32,000 nucleotides of DNA from Candidatus Poseidoniaceae archaeon (GTDB lineage: Archaea > Thermoplasmatota > Poseidoniia > Poseidoniales > Poseidoniaceae): assembly GCA_943789275.1 (NCBI GenBank), contig CALSTM010000002.1, positions 90,001 to 122,000 of the forward strand, written 5' to 3'. Shown here piece after piece: positions 21,386 to 29,861 of the stretch (the stretch's first letter is position 1; the number at the start of each line of letters is the position of its first letter). The notes under the pieces were generated by a model. That model saw nothing but the letters and a program-made list of their open reading frames with translations. It was not told where the DNA came from and did no database searches. Position numbers and translations under genes: made by a program.

Positions 21386-21676
21386 TCAATCGCCTGAAGG
21401 TGGTGACTGACCTTCGTCCATCCCCGTGATTTCATAGTTCGAAGGAAACAAGGCAATGAGAACACCAAGGATGAGAGAAGCAAGACCCCAACCGAACATC
21501 TGGCGTACAAAGAGCATTTCAAGCGCGATGACGACAAGAAGCATTCCACCGATGTTGGAAGTCCAAACTAATGTCTTGAAGGTCGACAGGGAGACTCCAG
21601 GCGTTCCTTCCTTTCGATAAGGACCGAACTCTCCACCAAAACGTTGCGCTGTATCTTGTTTATCATTTTTGGACAT
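21386..21676 (-). CDS. Small 2-TM membrane protein (hypothetical)
   Basis: 96-aa ORF. The GAGGTG Shine-Dalgarno motif overlaps the ferredoxin stop codon, 5 nt before the ATG. Two hydrophobic helices. Confidence 0.6.
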   Translation of the reverse strand: MSKNDKQDTAQRFGGEFGPYRKEGTPGVSLSTFKTLVWTSNIGGMLLVVIALEMLFVRQMFGWGLASLILGVLIALFPSNYEITGMDEGQSPPSGD

Positions 21677-21685
21677 TCAAACACC

Positions 21686-22018
21686 TCATCTGTCTATCAT
21701 TGTGATTGCATCGGTTGGGCAAGCCAAAACACATAATCGGCACCCAGTGCAATCATCACGCAAAATTTTCGCTTTTTGATTTGACTCGACTTTAATCAGT
21801 GGGCTTGCCATTGCCACTTTATACATCTCAATGGCATCATCGTCACAAACGATGGTACATTGATCGCATCCTATGCAAAGGCGCTCTTCGACAAATGCAA
21901 CAGTGGTTTCCCCACCCTTTATCGAAGCACGTTGCTCGCCTCGAAGACGATTAAGAGAAGTTCGAATACGAACCGCCTCTTGCTCACGGCGCTTGCGCAA
22001 CTCGTCGGAGGAGGTCAT
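21686..22018 (-). CDS. 2x[4Fe-4S] ferredoxin with a basic N-terminal extension
   Basis: CIGCDQCTIVCD and CTGCRLCVLACP motifs. ATGA overlap with the upstream gene, and GGAGGT 6 nt upstream of the ATG. Confidence 0.88.
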   Translation of the reverse strand: MTSSDELRKRREQEAVRIRTSLNRLRGEQRASIKGGETTVAFVEERLCIGCDQCTIVCDDDAIEMYKVAMASPLIKVESNQKAKILRDDCTGCRLCVLACPTDAITMIDR

Positions 22019-22689
22019 ACATGAACCTCCAATCGGTCCTTCCCTTCAAACTTGACGACGGCTAAATTCACCAAGAGGTCACCTAAACAATAGAAGGAAC
22101 CCACCAAAAGTGGTGGATTCCACGCAGTAAGACCGGTCCATGGGACCTCACTTGCCCAGGTCCAATTACCGAGCGAAGTTCCAACAATCTCCATGGCTAA
22201 AGCAGCCCAAACCATTGCCGCATACAACCGAGGCTGCGGGCCGAGTCGAATGAACACGAGAACAAGTACGAGAAGAAGGACTGCAGAAGTATCGCCACCG
22301 GTCCATGCCCCATAGAAGACAATCGGAACCAAAGGAAGAAGCAACGGAAGAGCCCAATTCTCTTTCATTTTATCAGCACATATTCTTCCAAGGTCGAACA
22401 AAAAGTAATGTCCTGCAGGAACGAAGAGCGGCATTAGATCCCTTTGGTATTCGTAAATAAGCCATACTTCGCTGAAGAAAAGTTCCATCGGCGTAGCAAA
22501 AGCAACCACCGTCAGCATTTCGATTCTCTGTTTACGGTTTCCTGAACGGTAGTACCAAGCAAACAATCCCCAGCACCAAATATTCACGGGCCATTCAGCG
22601 TACTGGTCAGGCAAAAGACCGTTGCAGGACGTCGCCGAAAACCAAAGCCCGAGGGCAATGGTTCCGATGTACATCCATGCCCTGTTCAT
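22015..22689 (-). CDS. Polytopic membrane protein, unknown function (~7 TM, Trp-rich)
   Basis: 224-aa hydrophobic ORF inside a coupled operon. PMELFF and AMEIVG segments faintly recall lycopene-cyclase/carotenoid-type membrane domains, but the match is too weak to call. Confidence 0.6.
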   Translation of the reverse strand: MNRAWMYIGTIALGLWFSATSCNGLLPDQYAEWPVNIWCWGLFAWYYRSGNRKQRIEMLTVVAFATPMELFFSEVWLIYEYQRDLMPLFVPAGHYFLFDLGRICADKMKENWALPLLLPLVPIVFYGAWTGGDTSAVLLLVLVLVFIRLGPQPRLYAAMVWAALAMEIVGTSLGNWTWASEVPWTGLTAWNPPLLVGSFYCLGDLLVNLAVVKFEGKDRLEVHV

Positions 22690-22725
22690 GATTGCCGATG
22701 AGGTTCTCCTCTTAGCAGGTACGGG

Positions 22726-23946
22726 TTACTCCGCGCCGCCGTACGAGAGCAATTCTTTGCCCATAGCCAACATGGAGAGTTCTGCAACAAGGGCATGCCA
22801 ACCATGGGCATGCTCGCCGTAGCGACGACCGGATTGAGTAAACGATTCAAAAGTCGCGCTTGGAGAATTCAAATTTTCGATGTCTGACCGCTTAGCATTA
22901 ATTCTATAGAACCAAGAACTTGCCTGGCCATCTACCAAATAAACCACGGGTTCGACGGGCGCACCATCATCGGTTTTCAATGAGGTAGGGATTCCTTCTT
23001 GAATCAAAAAATTATCAACGTTAACTCCACCTTTGGAATACATGAGCTTCTTCATCTTACGGTTGGAAAGTTCAAGCAACTCAGTTCCGCTGTGAACCGC
23101 CATGATACCAAGACCGTATGTCCCTCGGTCGTTCTTGATGAAGGCGACCGGTTCTCGTTTGATTCCAAGAGATTGGTACTTCGTTCGAATTGAATCAAGG
23201 AAGGCATCGACTTCAATGGCCAAATCTTTTCTGCACGCTTCTTTTTCGAGGCATTTGTCGTTTGAAACAAACCAATCCGTCATCAGGTACCACGGGTCGA
23301 TTCCTAGAAGTTCCGAAATTTCTTCAACATAGCCTTTGAGAACTTCATAGTGTTGAGATTTGCGCCGGCGATGCCACCCCATTGAAGGGGGTGGAGATAC
23401 GACTTGGTTACCAAACCCTTCAATCAAGCCCTCTGTCAGGTCGTTATTCAGTAGAACCAAATCTGGTTTCAAGCCATTAATCAGCAATACATCTTCTCCA
23501 TCAACTGTTTCTGATGCAACTGGGTCCAATTTGAGTGGTCCAGAAAGACCAACGAGGTGCCCCAAGTTTTCGAAATCCAATGAACCAACAGTGCATTTGA
23601 AACCGCCAAGCAGGAGCAGTTCCTTGAGTGCGGCAATGTTTTCGATGTACCCCTTATTTCTCGTGTGCGATTCTGGATACAGATGCACCCACTTACAGTG
23701 GTTGTACTCTCTGTTAATGTGGTTCTGTAAAAGTTGGGCCAATCTCGGTTTATCTTCTTCTGAGACGTTGTTGAACCCTGCTGGGAAATGGTTGGCATCG
23801 ACCACTCCAATCTTCCATCCAGCGTCTCGAATGTCGACGCTACCGTAAATCGGAATGGGGATATCCATACGCTTTACTTCCATCCAAGCCGTGACTTCTT
23901 CACGCTTACTTTCGAGAAGTTCGGTTAAATTATGTACAAATGTCAC
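22726..23946 (-). CDS. gshA: Glutamate--cysteine ligase, GshA (Pfam GshA / T. ferrooxidans-type) family
   Basis: Family-typical blocks: YGSVDIRDAGWKIGVVDANHFPAGFNN, PESHTRN, LLNNDL, PPPSMGWHRRRKSQHY, IDPW, DRGTYGLGIM, IQEGI, EPVVYLVD, WFYRI. The GTG start overlaps the asnB stop (GTGA) and follows a perfect GAGGTGATC Shine-Dalgarno motif. Confidence 0.72.
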   Translation of the reverse strand: MTFVHNLTELLESKREEVTAWMEVKRMDIPIPIYGSVDIRDAGWKIGVVDANHFPAGFNNVSEEDKPRLAQLLQNHINREYNHCKWVHLYPESHTRNKGYIENIAALKELLLLGGFKCTVGSLDFENLGHLVGLSGPLKLDPVASETVDGEDVLLINGLKPDLVLLNNDLTEGLIEGFGNQVVSPPPSMGWHRRRKSQHYEVLKGYVEEISELLGIDPWYLMTDWFVSNDKCLEKEACRKDLAIEVDAFLDSIRTKYQSLGIKREPVAFIKNDRGTYGLGIMAVHSGTELLELSNRKMKKLMYSKGGVNVDNFLIQEGIPTSLKTDDGAPVEPVVYLVDGQASSWFYRINAKRSDIENLNSPSATFESFTQSGRRYGEHAHGWHALVAELSMLAMGKELLSYGGAE

Positions 23947-25727
23947 CCGATCACCTCGTTGAGCAAATCATAGGTAGAGCCCATGGGTTTTCGACGCCCA
24001 TCACCAAGAATATGCATTGCTTCAAACAATCCTAAACCAAGTGCTATTTCATGTTGAGTGTTCAACGCCCCTGCTAAAAGAGGATACCGTGCAATGATGG
24101 CTTCGGATTGTGGCTTGAAATCATTCAGTAAAGAATCAATCAAACTTGGAGAAGTCGCTCTTCCTGCAGGTAATTTCGGACGATGAACAATGTTCCGAGG
24201 GAGGGAGGTCAAGCTTGCTGCTGAACGGAGTGCGGCTTTTTCATCACCGTTTACTGGAAGGCGCCAATCCATCGGTAATCGATGACTGGCTTTGCGATGT
24301 GAAGACGAAAGGAAAGGCACACGCACTTCAAGAGAATGAGCCATTGAATGCCGGTCCACTAAGCGAAGTTGGAAATTCGAGAGTTGGCCGTGGTCAAGTT
24401 CGAATTGAAGGAAATCATCAAGCGAACCGGTATGGCTTGAGCCGGTATGGTCTGAAGTGTACCAGTGCTCTCCGGTTGGAAGGACTTTGTTTTCGATTTG
24501 GCGAGCGAGAGGATGTGACATTGAAGCCAAACGTGCATCGATTAAATCGCTGTGTTGCTTCAAATCACGGTAGCGTGGATAACCTGCATGCAACTCATCT
24601 GCACCTTGTCCGCACAGACCAACTTTCACATGCTTCGACATGTTCTGAAACAGAGGTTGGAAGAACAAGACGGTCACATCGAGGTCTTCTCCATGCCAAG
24701 CCAAATCTGGTAACTTCGTTTCAAAAGAGTCGGGTTCCAAAATATGCTGGTGGTGTTCTAAATCAAAGGATGAAGCAACCTCTTCTGCCGCAATCCAATC
24801 AGGATTGTCTTCACTTTCAGCAACCGTCCAACACGCTGGAACCGGTTGTTGTGCACGTTCCGCTGCTTCATGTGCTACGGCGGCAACAAGAGATGAATCA
24901 AGACCGCCGGAGAGAACAATTCCAACCGGAACATCCGCCATCAAGCGTTCAGAAACACCCTCAACAAAACTTTCCAGGAGCGATGCGGCATTGGCATCAG
25001 GATTCCATGATGCTGAAGGTTCGACGAATTGTCGCTCAATCACTGCTGAATCGTGAAGATAAGGCCGACCTTCATGATCGAGGCACCAGACTTCGACTGT
25101 GCCGGGTCGAACTTGAACCACATCCTTGAACAACGTCGTTCCGTCCAGTGGATATTCCCAAGCAATCCGGGCAATTAAGGCAAGTTCATCGATGGCAGGA
25201 ACATAAGATTCATGCGCACGTAATGCCTTGGTTTCACTCGCAAATAGCAAGGAGCCATCCACATGGGTACGAACAAGAGGTTTGATTCCCATAGGGTCTC
25301 GGGCAAGGATGAGTTGCTTTGCTCCTTCATCCCAAAGAGCGATGGCATACATACCGTTCAATCGATTCAGCCATTTTGCATGTTGCCCAGCACTGAGTAC
25401 CCCGTTGGACTTGCTTTTAGCAGAATGAAGCAGCGAGAGAATGGACTCAGAATCGCCTTGAGTGGTCCAACGGTATTGAGAATGCTGTGTTCGTAAGGAT
25501 TGATGATTGTAGATTTCACCGTTCACGACAAGAACTTCACCTGCAGGACCAAACAGAGGTTGAGCACTTCCAATCAGGTCGACAATGGCAAGACGTGTGT
25601 GTCCCATAGCGATTGATTCATCGCTCCATACATCGCTGCCATCCGGCCCTCGATGAGAAAGAAGTGAATTCATTCGGTGAATCACCGAAGTATCCGGTTG
25701 ACCGAACATCCCTCCAATGCCACACAT
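23943..25727 (-). CDS. asnB: Asparagine synthetase B-family glutamine-hydrolysing amidotransferase
   Basis: N-terminal MCGIGG (Ntn nucleophile Cys directly after Met, so the start is set at 25727, not 25757). GEIYNH. PP-loop SGGLDSS. LCGQGADELHAGY. GAGGT Shine-Dalgarno motif 7 nt upstream of 25727. Confidence 0.85.
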   Translation of the reverse strand: MCGIGGMFGQPDTSVIHRMNSLLSHRGPDGSDVWSDESIAMGHTRLAIVDLIGSAQPLFGPAGEVLVVNGEIYNHQSLRTQHSQYRWTTQGDSESILSLLHSAKSKSNGVLSAGQHAKWLNRLNGMYAIALWDEGAKQLILARDPMGIKPLVRTHVDGSLLFASETKALRAHESYVPAIDELALIARIAWEYPLDGTTLFKDVVQVRPGTVEVWCLDHEGRPYLHDSAVIERQFVEPSASWNPDANAASLLESFVEGVSERLMADVPVGIVLSGGLDSSLVAAVAHEAAERAQQPVPACWTVAESEDNPDWIAAEEVASSFDLEHHQHILEPDSFETKLPDLAWHGEDLDVTVLFFQPLFQNMSKHVKVGLCGQGADELHAGYPRYRDLKQHSDLIDARLASMSHPLARQIENKVLPTGEHWYTSDHTGSSHTGSLDDFLQFELDHGQLSNFQLRLVDRHSMAHSLEVRVPFLSSSHRKASHRLPMDWRLPVNGDEKAALRSAASLTSLPRNIVHRPKLPAGRATSPSLIDSLLNDFKPQSEAIIARYPLLAGALNTQHEIALGLGLFEAMHILGDGRRKPMGSTYDLLNEVIG

Positions 25728-25768
25728 GAGATAAACCTCAGAGGCTACCTTCTTCAATCATTGCCAAA

Positions 25769-25885
25769 TTAGAGGCCCCAAAGTGGGTATCTAACCATGG
25801 AAATAGCCAGAAAAAGAATCGAGAGTGAAAACACGACAAAATAGGTAATTTGTGGAGGCTCGGACCCCTTCGTCTCTTCGCTCAT
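25769..25885 (-). CDS. Possible 38-codon single-TM micro-protein (MSEETKGSEPPQITYFVVFSLSILFLAISMVRYPLWGL)
   Basis: Hand-translated ORF in the otherwise empty gap upstream of asnB. One hydrophobic helix. GAGTGAT (a partial Shine-Dalgarno match) 5 nt upstream. Below the ORF-track size cutoff. Confidence 0.3.
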   Translation of the reverse strand: MSEETKGSEPPQITYFVVFSLSILFLAISMVRYPLWGL

Positions 25886-25955
25886 ACGTATCACTCAGCC
25901 TTCCCAGTTTGAACCAACATTTGAACATATGGAAACATCTTGCTCGCACAGAGCC

Positions 25956-26591
25956 TTACAACAACCCAAGGAAGGGTTCCAACAAGAGAACCATACCAAG
26001 TGGAATCAACACCATAGTTGCGTTATCATCAATGTACCTCAGACGAGGCCACTCTGATGCCACACACAGTGGTGCGAAGAGAAAGGCCAACCAGAGTGGA
26101 GTTTGGACGAAGTGCCAACAAGCAACCCAAACAAGGAAGAGAAACAAGGTTGAGGATACAATGACGTTACGTGTCGTCATACCTTTTCGTCGCATCTCAC
26201 CAAGGAAAGGGTCACCGAGTGACAGTGAGAGAATTAATGGCCAAATGTATTCTTCTGTTGGTGCCAGAAGGAAAACCAAACCGATCCCAAACGCACCCCA
26301 ACCCAACGCTGAAATTTGCCGGGCCTCGTATTCCCTTTGACCGTAAATGGTAAGTCCGAACTTGAGGCGAGTCCCTTCAGCAGCAAACAAAAGGAAAACG
26401 ACGCAAGAGACAAACTGTGGCAACGTCAAGTCCAGTGAATCCGCAACACTTTCACCCCACTCAAAATAGATGAGTGGGAGAAAAGACATCCCAAGGTGAA
26501 TTGCTCTTCGGAGTATATGGCCGCCCATCCCACCAACTGAAAGTTCGACTGGGTTTGTTAGTTCGACGTGTTCACTCATCGGCAAATCCAC
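25956..26591 (-). CDS. Polytopic membrane protein of the CTP-dependent polyprenol kinase / CDP-alcohol (dolichol/phytol kinase, CdsA-like) type
   Basis: Pattern LRRAIHLG ... AEGTRLKF ... GQREYEARQISALGWGAFG ... LSLGDPFLGEMRRKG ... IDDN resembles dolichol/phytol kinase family motifs. Overlaps the meaB 3' end by 8-20 nt, depending on which start is used. Confidence 0.45.
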   Translation of the reverse strand: MDLPMSEHVELTNPVELSVGGMGGHILRRAIHLGMSFLPLIYFEWGESVADSLDLTLPQFVSCVVFLLFAAEGTRLKFGLTIYGQREYEARQISALGWGAFGIGLVFLLAPTEEYIWPLILSLSLGDPFLGEMRRKGMTTRNVIVSSTLFLFLVWVACWHFVQTPLWLAFLFAPLCVASEWPRLRYIDDNATMVLIPLGMVLLLEPFLGLL

Positions 26592-27483
26592 CTATGAGTC
26601 TCATGGCTTCATCCAAATGAATTGAACCCTTCGCTAATTGATGGAGTAAATCGTCGAGTTTTGGAGACTCCAAAATTTTCCGTTCATGGAACGCCAGTAA
26701 CCTCTCTCTCCATCGTGCCCGCACTGAACGGCCGGATGAAGGAAGTTGGAGAAGAATGGTTGCTGCTTCATCGACTCCAGTTCCGTGAAGGGCTGAAGTG
26801 AGAGCTACAGGAGGCGTAGAGCCAATACCTAATTCAAACGATTCTCGGATTTCATCAGCGTGCAATTCGGCTCCCGGGAGATCGGATTTGTTGACAAGAA
26901 CTGCATCAGCAAGTTCGAGCAAGCCCGCTTTTTCTGCCTGTATGCCGTCACCGCGTGCTGGGCCTTCGACCACGACAATTCGGTCAGCCAAAGCGGCACA
27001 TCGAACCTCAGATTGACCTGCACCAACCGTTTCAATGACCACTTTCCCCCATCCGAGAGAAAGCAGAACTTTCGTCATGTCTTCGACGATTACCGGCACA
27101 CTGCCTGACGCTTTACGTGTCGCTACAGAGCGGAAGTATATTTGTTGGTTCAAGTCCTTGTCATCAACGACGGTCATCCGAACACGGTCACCCAAAAGCG
27201 CCCCGCCCGTACGAGGAGAAGACGGGTCAACAGCCAAAACAGCAACGCGAAGACCTTGCTTAGCCCAAGCGGTGAGTAATCCATCCAATAAGCAAGACTT
27301 TCCGACACCCGGTGCACCAGTGATGGCCAATGTTTGCCAGTCATCTTCAGGTAGAGAAGGCACAGGACCCAGAACATCAAGTGCATCCTCAAGTTGAAGC
27401 GATCTGTTTTCGATTGCACTGAGCGTTCGAGCTAACGATCGGCGATCTCCAGACTTTGCATCGATAAGAAATTCTGCAGTCAT
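26572..27483 (-). CDS. meaB: Methylmalonyl-CoA mutase-associated GTPase MeaB/ArgK
   Basis: P-loop GAPGVGKSCLLD, VLAVDPSSPRTGGALLGDRVRM, ETVGAGQSE, VNKSDL. Adjacent to the B12-binding mutase subunit. Confidence 0.9.
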   Translation of the reverse strand: MTAEFLIDAKSGDRRSLARTLSAIENRSLQLEDALDVLGPVPSLPEDDWQTLAITGAPGVGKSCLLDGLLTAWAKQGLRVAVLAVDPSSPRTGGALLGDRVRMTVVDDKDLNQQIYFRSVATRKASGSVPVIVEDMTKVLLSLGWGKVVIETVGAGQSEVRCAALADRIVVVEGPARGDGIQAEKAGLLELADAVLVNKSDLPGAELHADEIRESFELGIGSTPPVALTSALHGTGVDEAATILLQLPSSGRSVRARWRERLLAFHERKILESPKLDDLLHQLAKGSIHLDEAMRLIGGFADE

Positions 27484-27492
27484 GTGAGCACC

Positions 27493-27939
27493 TCATGCCG
27501 ATGAGGTCCAGTACCAGTCGCTTCCTTCTCCAACACCAGCGTCCTTCACTTCGACTGCTTCGTCAATAAATTGTAGAATCTCAGCTGTTGGTGTACCTGG
27601 GCCAAAAATTGCTCGGATTCCACAGGCAAATAGGGCGTCTCTGTCGTCAACGGGTATAATTCCGCCACCGAAGACAATAACGTCATTCAAACCTTCTTGC
27701 TTGAGCAAATCACACACCTTTGGGAAAAGATGCTGATGAGCGCCGGAGAGTGAGGATAAGCCGAGAAATCGCGCATCTTCGTCTCGAACAGTGTCCACAA
27801 TTTGTTGAGCACTGCGTCGTAGACCGGTGTAAATGACTTCGTTCCCAGCGTCTCTCAACGCTCTTGCCACAACTTTAGCCCCTCGGTCGTGACCGTCTAA
27901 ACCGGGCTTGGCTACTACGATTCGCCATGGTTCGCTCAT
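27493..27939 (-). CDS. Methylmalonyl-CoA mutase small subunit (cobalamin-binding domain)
   Basis: IVVAKPGLDGHDRGAKVVARALRDAG contains the DxHxxG B12-binding motif. SSLSGAH and GGGIIP blocks are present. Confidence 0.9.
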   Translation of the reverse strand: MSEPWRIVVAKPGLDGHDRGAKVVARALRDAGNEVIYTGLRRSAQQIVDTVRDEDARFLGLSSLSGAHQHLFPKVCDLLKQEGLNDVIVFGGGIIPVDDRDALFACGIRAIFGPGTPTAEILQFIDEAVEVKDAGVGEGSDWYWTSSA

Positions 27940-28099
27940 GGTTGTTGCAGGTACTGCCTCCCTATCAACACACCCCCGTAGATACGGATGAGAGGTGCAA
28001 ACGGCGAGCGTTGAGTTAGAGTGAAAATACCCTCGTTTCTCAATTCATCCATAGGCAACGCATAAGGGCGGGTTTTGCGTAGACCACTCGGGGAAGCCT

Positions 28100-29653
28100 A
28101 TGGCATCGACTGAAGAACGACTTCAAGACCTACGTAATCGCAAATCTCGAAGTGAGATTGGCGGAGGCCAAGAGCGAATTGATAGGCAGCACCAAAAGGG
28201 GAAAATGACGGCACGAGAGCGTATTGAAGTACTTCTTGATGAGGGCACATTCCAAGAAATTGACGCACTGGTTGAACATCGGTGCAGAGATTTCGGCATG
28301 GACAACGACATCATCCCTGGTGATGGAGTTGTCACGGGCCACGGTTCGATTAACGGCCGTCAAGTGTTCACATTCGCTCAAGACTTCACTGCATACGGCG
28401 GTTCACTGGGCGAAATGCATGGACTCAAAATATGCAAAGTTCTCGATATGGCACTCAAAACTGGCCGACCTGTAATTGGTTTGAACGATTCAGGTGGCGC
28501 CCGTATTCAAGAAGGGGTAGCATCACTGGGAAGTTATGCAGAGATATTCTTCAGAAATGTTCGAGCATCCGGCGTAGTCCCACAAATTTCGGTCATCATG
28601 GGCCCATGTGCAGGTGGTGCAGTATATTCCCCTGCCATCACTGATTTCATCATCATGGTCGAAGAATCCTCATACATGTTCATCACCGGGCCAGAAGTGA
28701 TCAAAACGGTTACCAACGAAGAAGTGAGTTTTGAAGACCTTGGTGGCGCATCAACGCACGGTACGAAATCTGGCGTATCCCACTTTACAGTCGCCGATGA
28801 TGAAGCAGCAATCCAGATGGCACGAGACCTGTGCGACCTCCTGCCGCAAAACAATCTTGAGCGTCCTCCGTCGAAGAAGACCAACGACCCAATCGACCGT
28901 TCATGCGATGCGCTCGACTCCATCATGCCCGACCAAGCCACAAAGGCATACGATGTGGTTGATGTCATCACGGAAATTCTTGATGACGGTGGATTCCTTG
29001 AAGTTCAAGCCGATTGGGCGCAAAACATCGTTGTTGGTTTTGGCCACCTTGGTGGACACACTGTTGGCGTAGTTGCGAACCAACCCAAAGTTTTGGCAGG
29101 CTGCCTCGATATCGATGCAAGCGACAAAGCGGCGCGCTTTGTGCGGTTCTGTGATGCGTTTAATATTCCAATTATCACCTTGGAAGATGTACCTGGATTC
29201 CTACCTGGCACCAACCAAGAATGGGGTGGGATTATTCGACACGGAGCGAAACTCCTCTATGCATTTGCAGAAGCTACCGTGCCCAAACTTACCGTGATTC
29301 TTCGGAAAGCGTACGGCGGAGCGTACGATGTCATGTCATCAAAGCATATTCGAGGAGATTACAACGTCGCATGGCCGACGGGGGAGCTCGCCGTCATGGG
29401 TGCCGATGGTGCTGTGGAAATTATTCACCGCAAGCGCATCTCAAGTTCACGAAATGCAGAACAGGAGCGCCAACGACTGACTGAAGATTTCAATGAGAAA
29501 TTTGCGAACCCATACACCGCTGCAGCACTTGGGTACCTTGACGATGTCATCGAACCAAATCAAACGAGAAACAAACTTTGCAGAGCGCTTGAGATGTTAA
29601 TCGATAAAGAAGAACTGCGACCTGCTCGCAAGCACGGCAACATCCCGTTATGA
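28100..29653 (+). CDS. pccB: Propionyl-CoA carboxylase beta chain / methylmalonyl-CoA carboxyltransferase (12S-type) subunit
   Basis: [37 protein letters not shown]. 517 aa, typical for the family. Confidence 0.92.
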   Translation: MASTEERLQDLRNRKSRSEIGGGQERIDRQHQKGKMTARERIEVLLDEGTFQEIDALVEHRCRDFGMDNDIIPGDGVVTGHGSINGRQVFTFAQDFTAYGGSLGEMHGLKICKVLDMALKTGRPVIGLNDSGGARIQEGVASLGSYAEIFFRNVRASGVVPQISVIMGPCAGGAVYSPAITDFIIMVEESSYMFITGPEVIKTVTNEEVSFEDLGGASTHGTKSGVSHFTVADDEAAIQMARDLCDLLPQNNLERPPSKKTNDPIDRSCDALDSIMPDQATKAYDVVDVITEILDDGGFLEVQADWAQNIVVGFGHLGGHTVGVVANQPKVLAGCLDIDASDKAARFVRFCDAFNIPIITLEDVPGFLPGTNQEWGGIIRHGAKLLYAFAEATVPKLTVILRKAYGGAYDVMSSKHIRGDYNVAWPTGELAVMGADGAVEIIHRKRISSSRNAEQERQRLTEDFNEKFANPYTAAALGYLDDVIEPNQTRNKLCRALEMLIDKEELRPARKHGNIPL

Positions 29654-29662
29654 GGCGTTTTC

Positions 29663-29857
29663 ATGACCAAAACGAACGATGAAACTTTGCGAATGGCAGC
29701 CATTGCAGCGGTCATGTCTGTACTTTCTCAGTCCGGAGAGGACCCTGGACAAATGGCCCGTAAACCTGGCCTTGCTTGGTCTCAAGACCATCGCCGAATG
29801 AACATGGGACAATCCTCCCTTATGCACCAAAGAGCAAGCCGCTCACCATGGAAGTGA
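29663..29857 (+). CDS. Small subunit resembling acyl-CoA carboxylase epsilon / OadG-like peptides
   Basis: 64-aa ORF packed between the carboxyltransferase (10-nt gap) and BCCP (4-nt gap). ETLRMAAIAAVMSVL followed by spaced Trp/Arg (AWSQDHRR...SPW) matches the epsilon-subunit pattern. GAGG upstream. Confidence 0.45.
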   Translation: MTKTNDETLRMAAIAAVMSVLSQSGEDPGQMARKPGLAWSQDHRRMNMGQSSLMHQRASRSPWK

Positions 29858-29861
29858 AACG

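Noticed and set aside
22015-22689. Calling the 224-aa membrane protein a lycopene cyclase / carotenoid biosynthesis protein on the basis of PMELFF and AMEIVG segments.
   Set aside because: The similarity is limited to two short patches recognised by eye, and the operon context (gshA, asnB, ferredoxin) gives no support. It is left as unknown function pending an HMM search.
25728-25757. Upstream start (MKKVASEVYL-) for the AsnB-like gene.
   Set aside because: Ntn glutamine amidotransferases need the catalytic Cys directly after the initiator Met. The ATG at 25727 gives MCGIGG and has a GAGGT Shine-Dalgarno motif at proper spacing.
25852-26340. Plus-strand 162-aa ORF overlapping the polyprenol-kinase-like gene.
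   Set aside because: It is antisense to a hydrophobic ORF with family-like motifs and operon context. The product is Arg/Ser/Pro-rich low-complexity sequence typical of a shadow frame.
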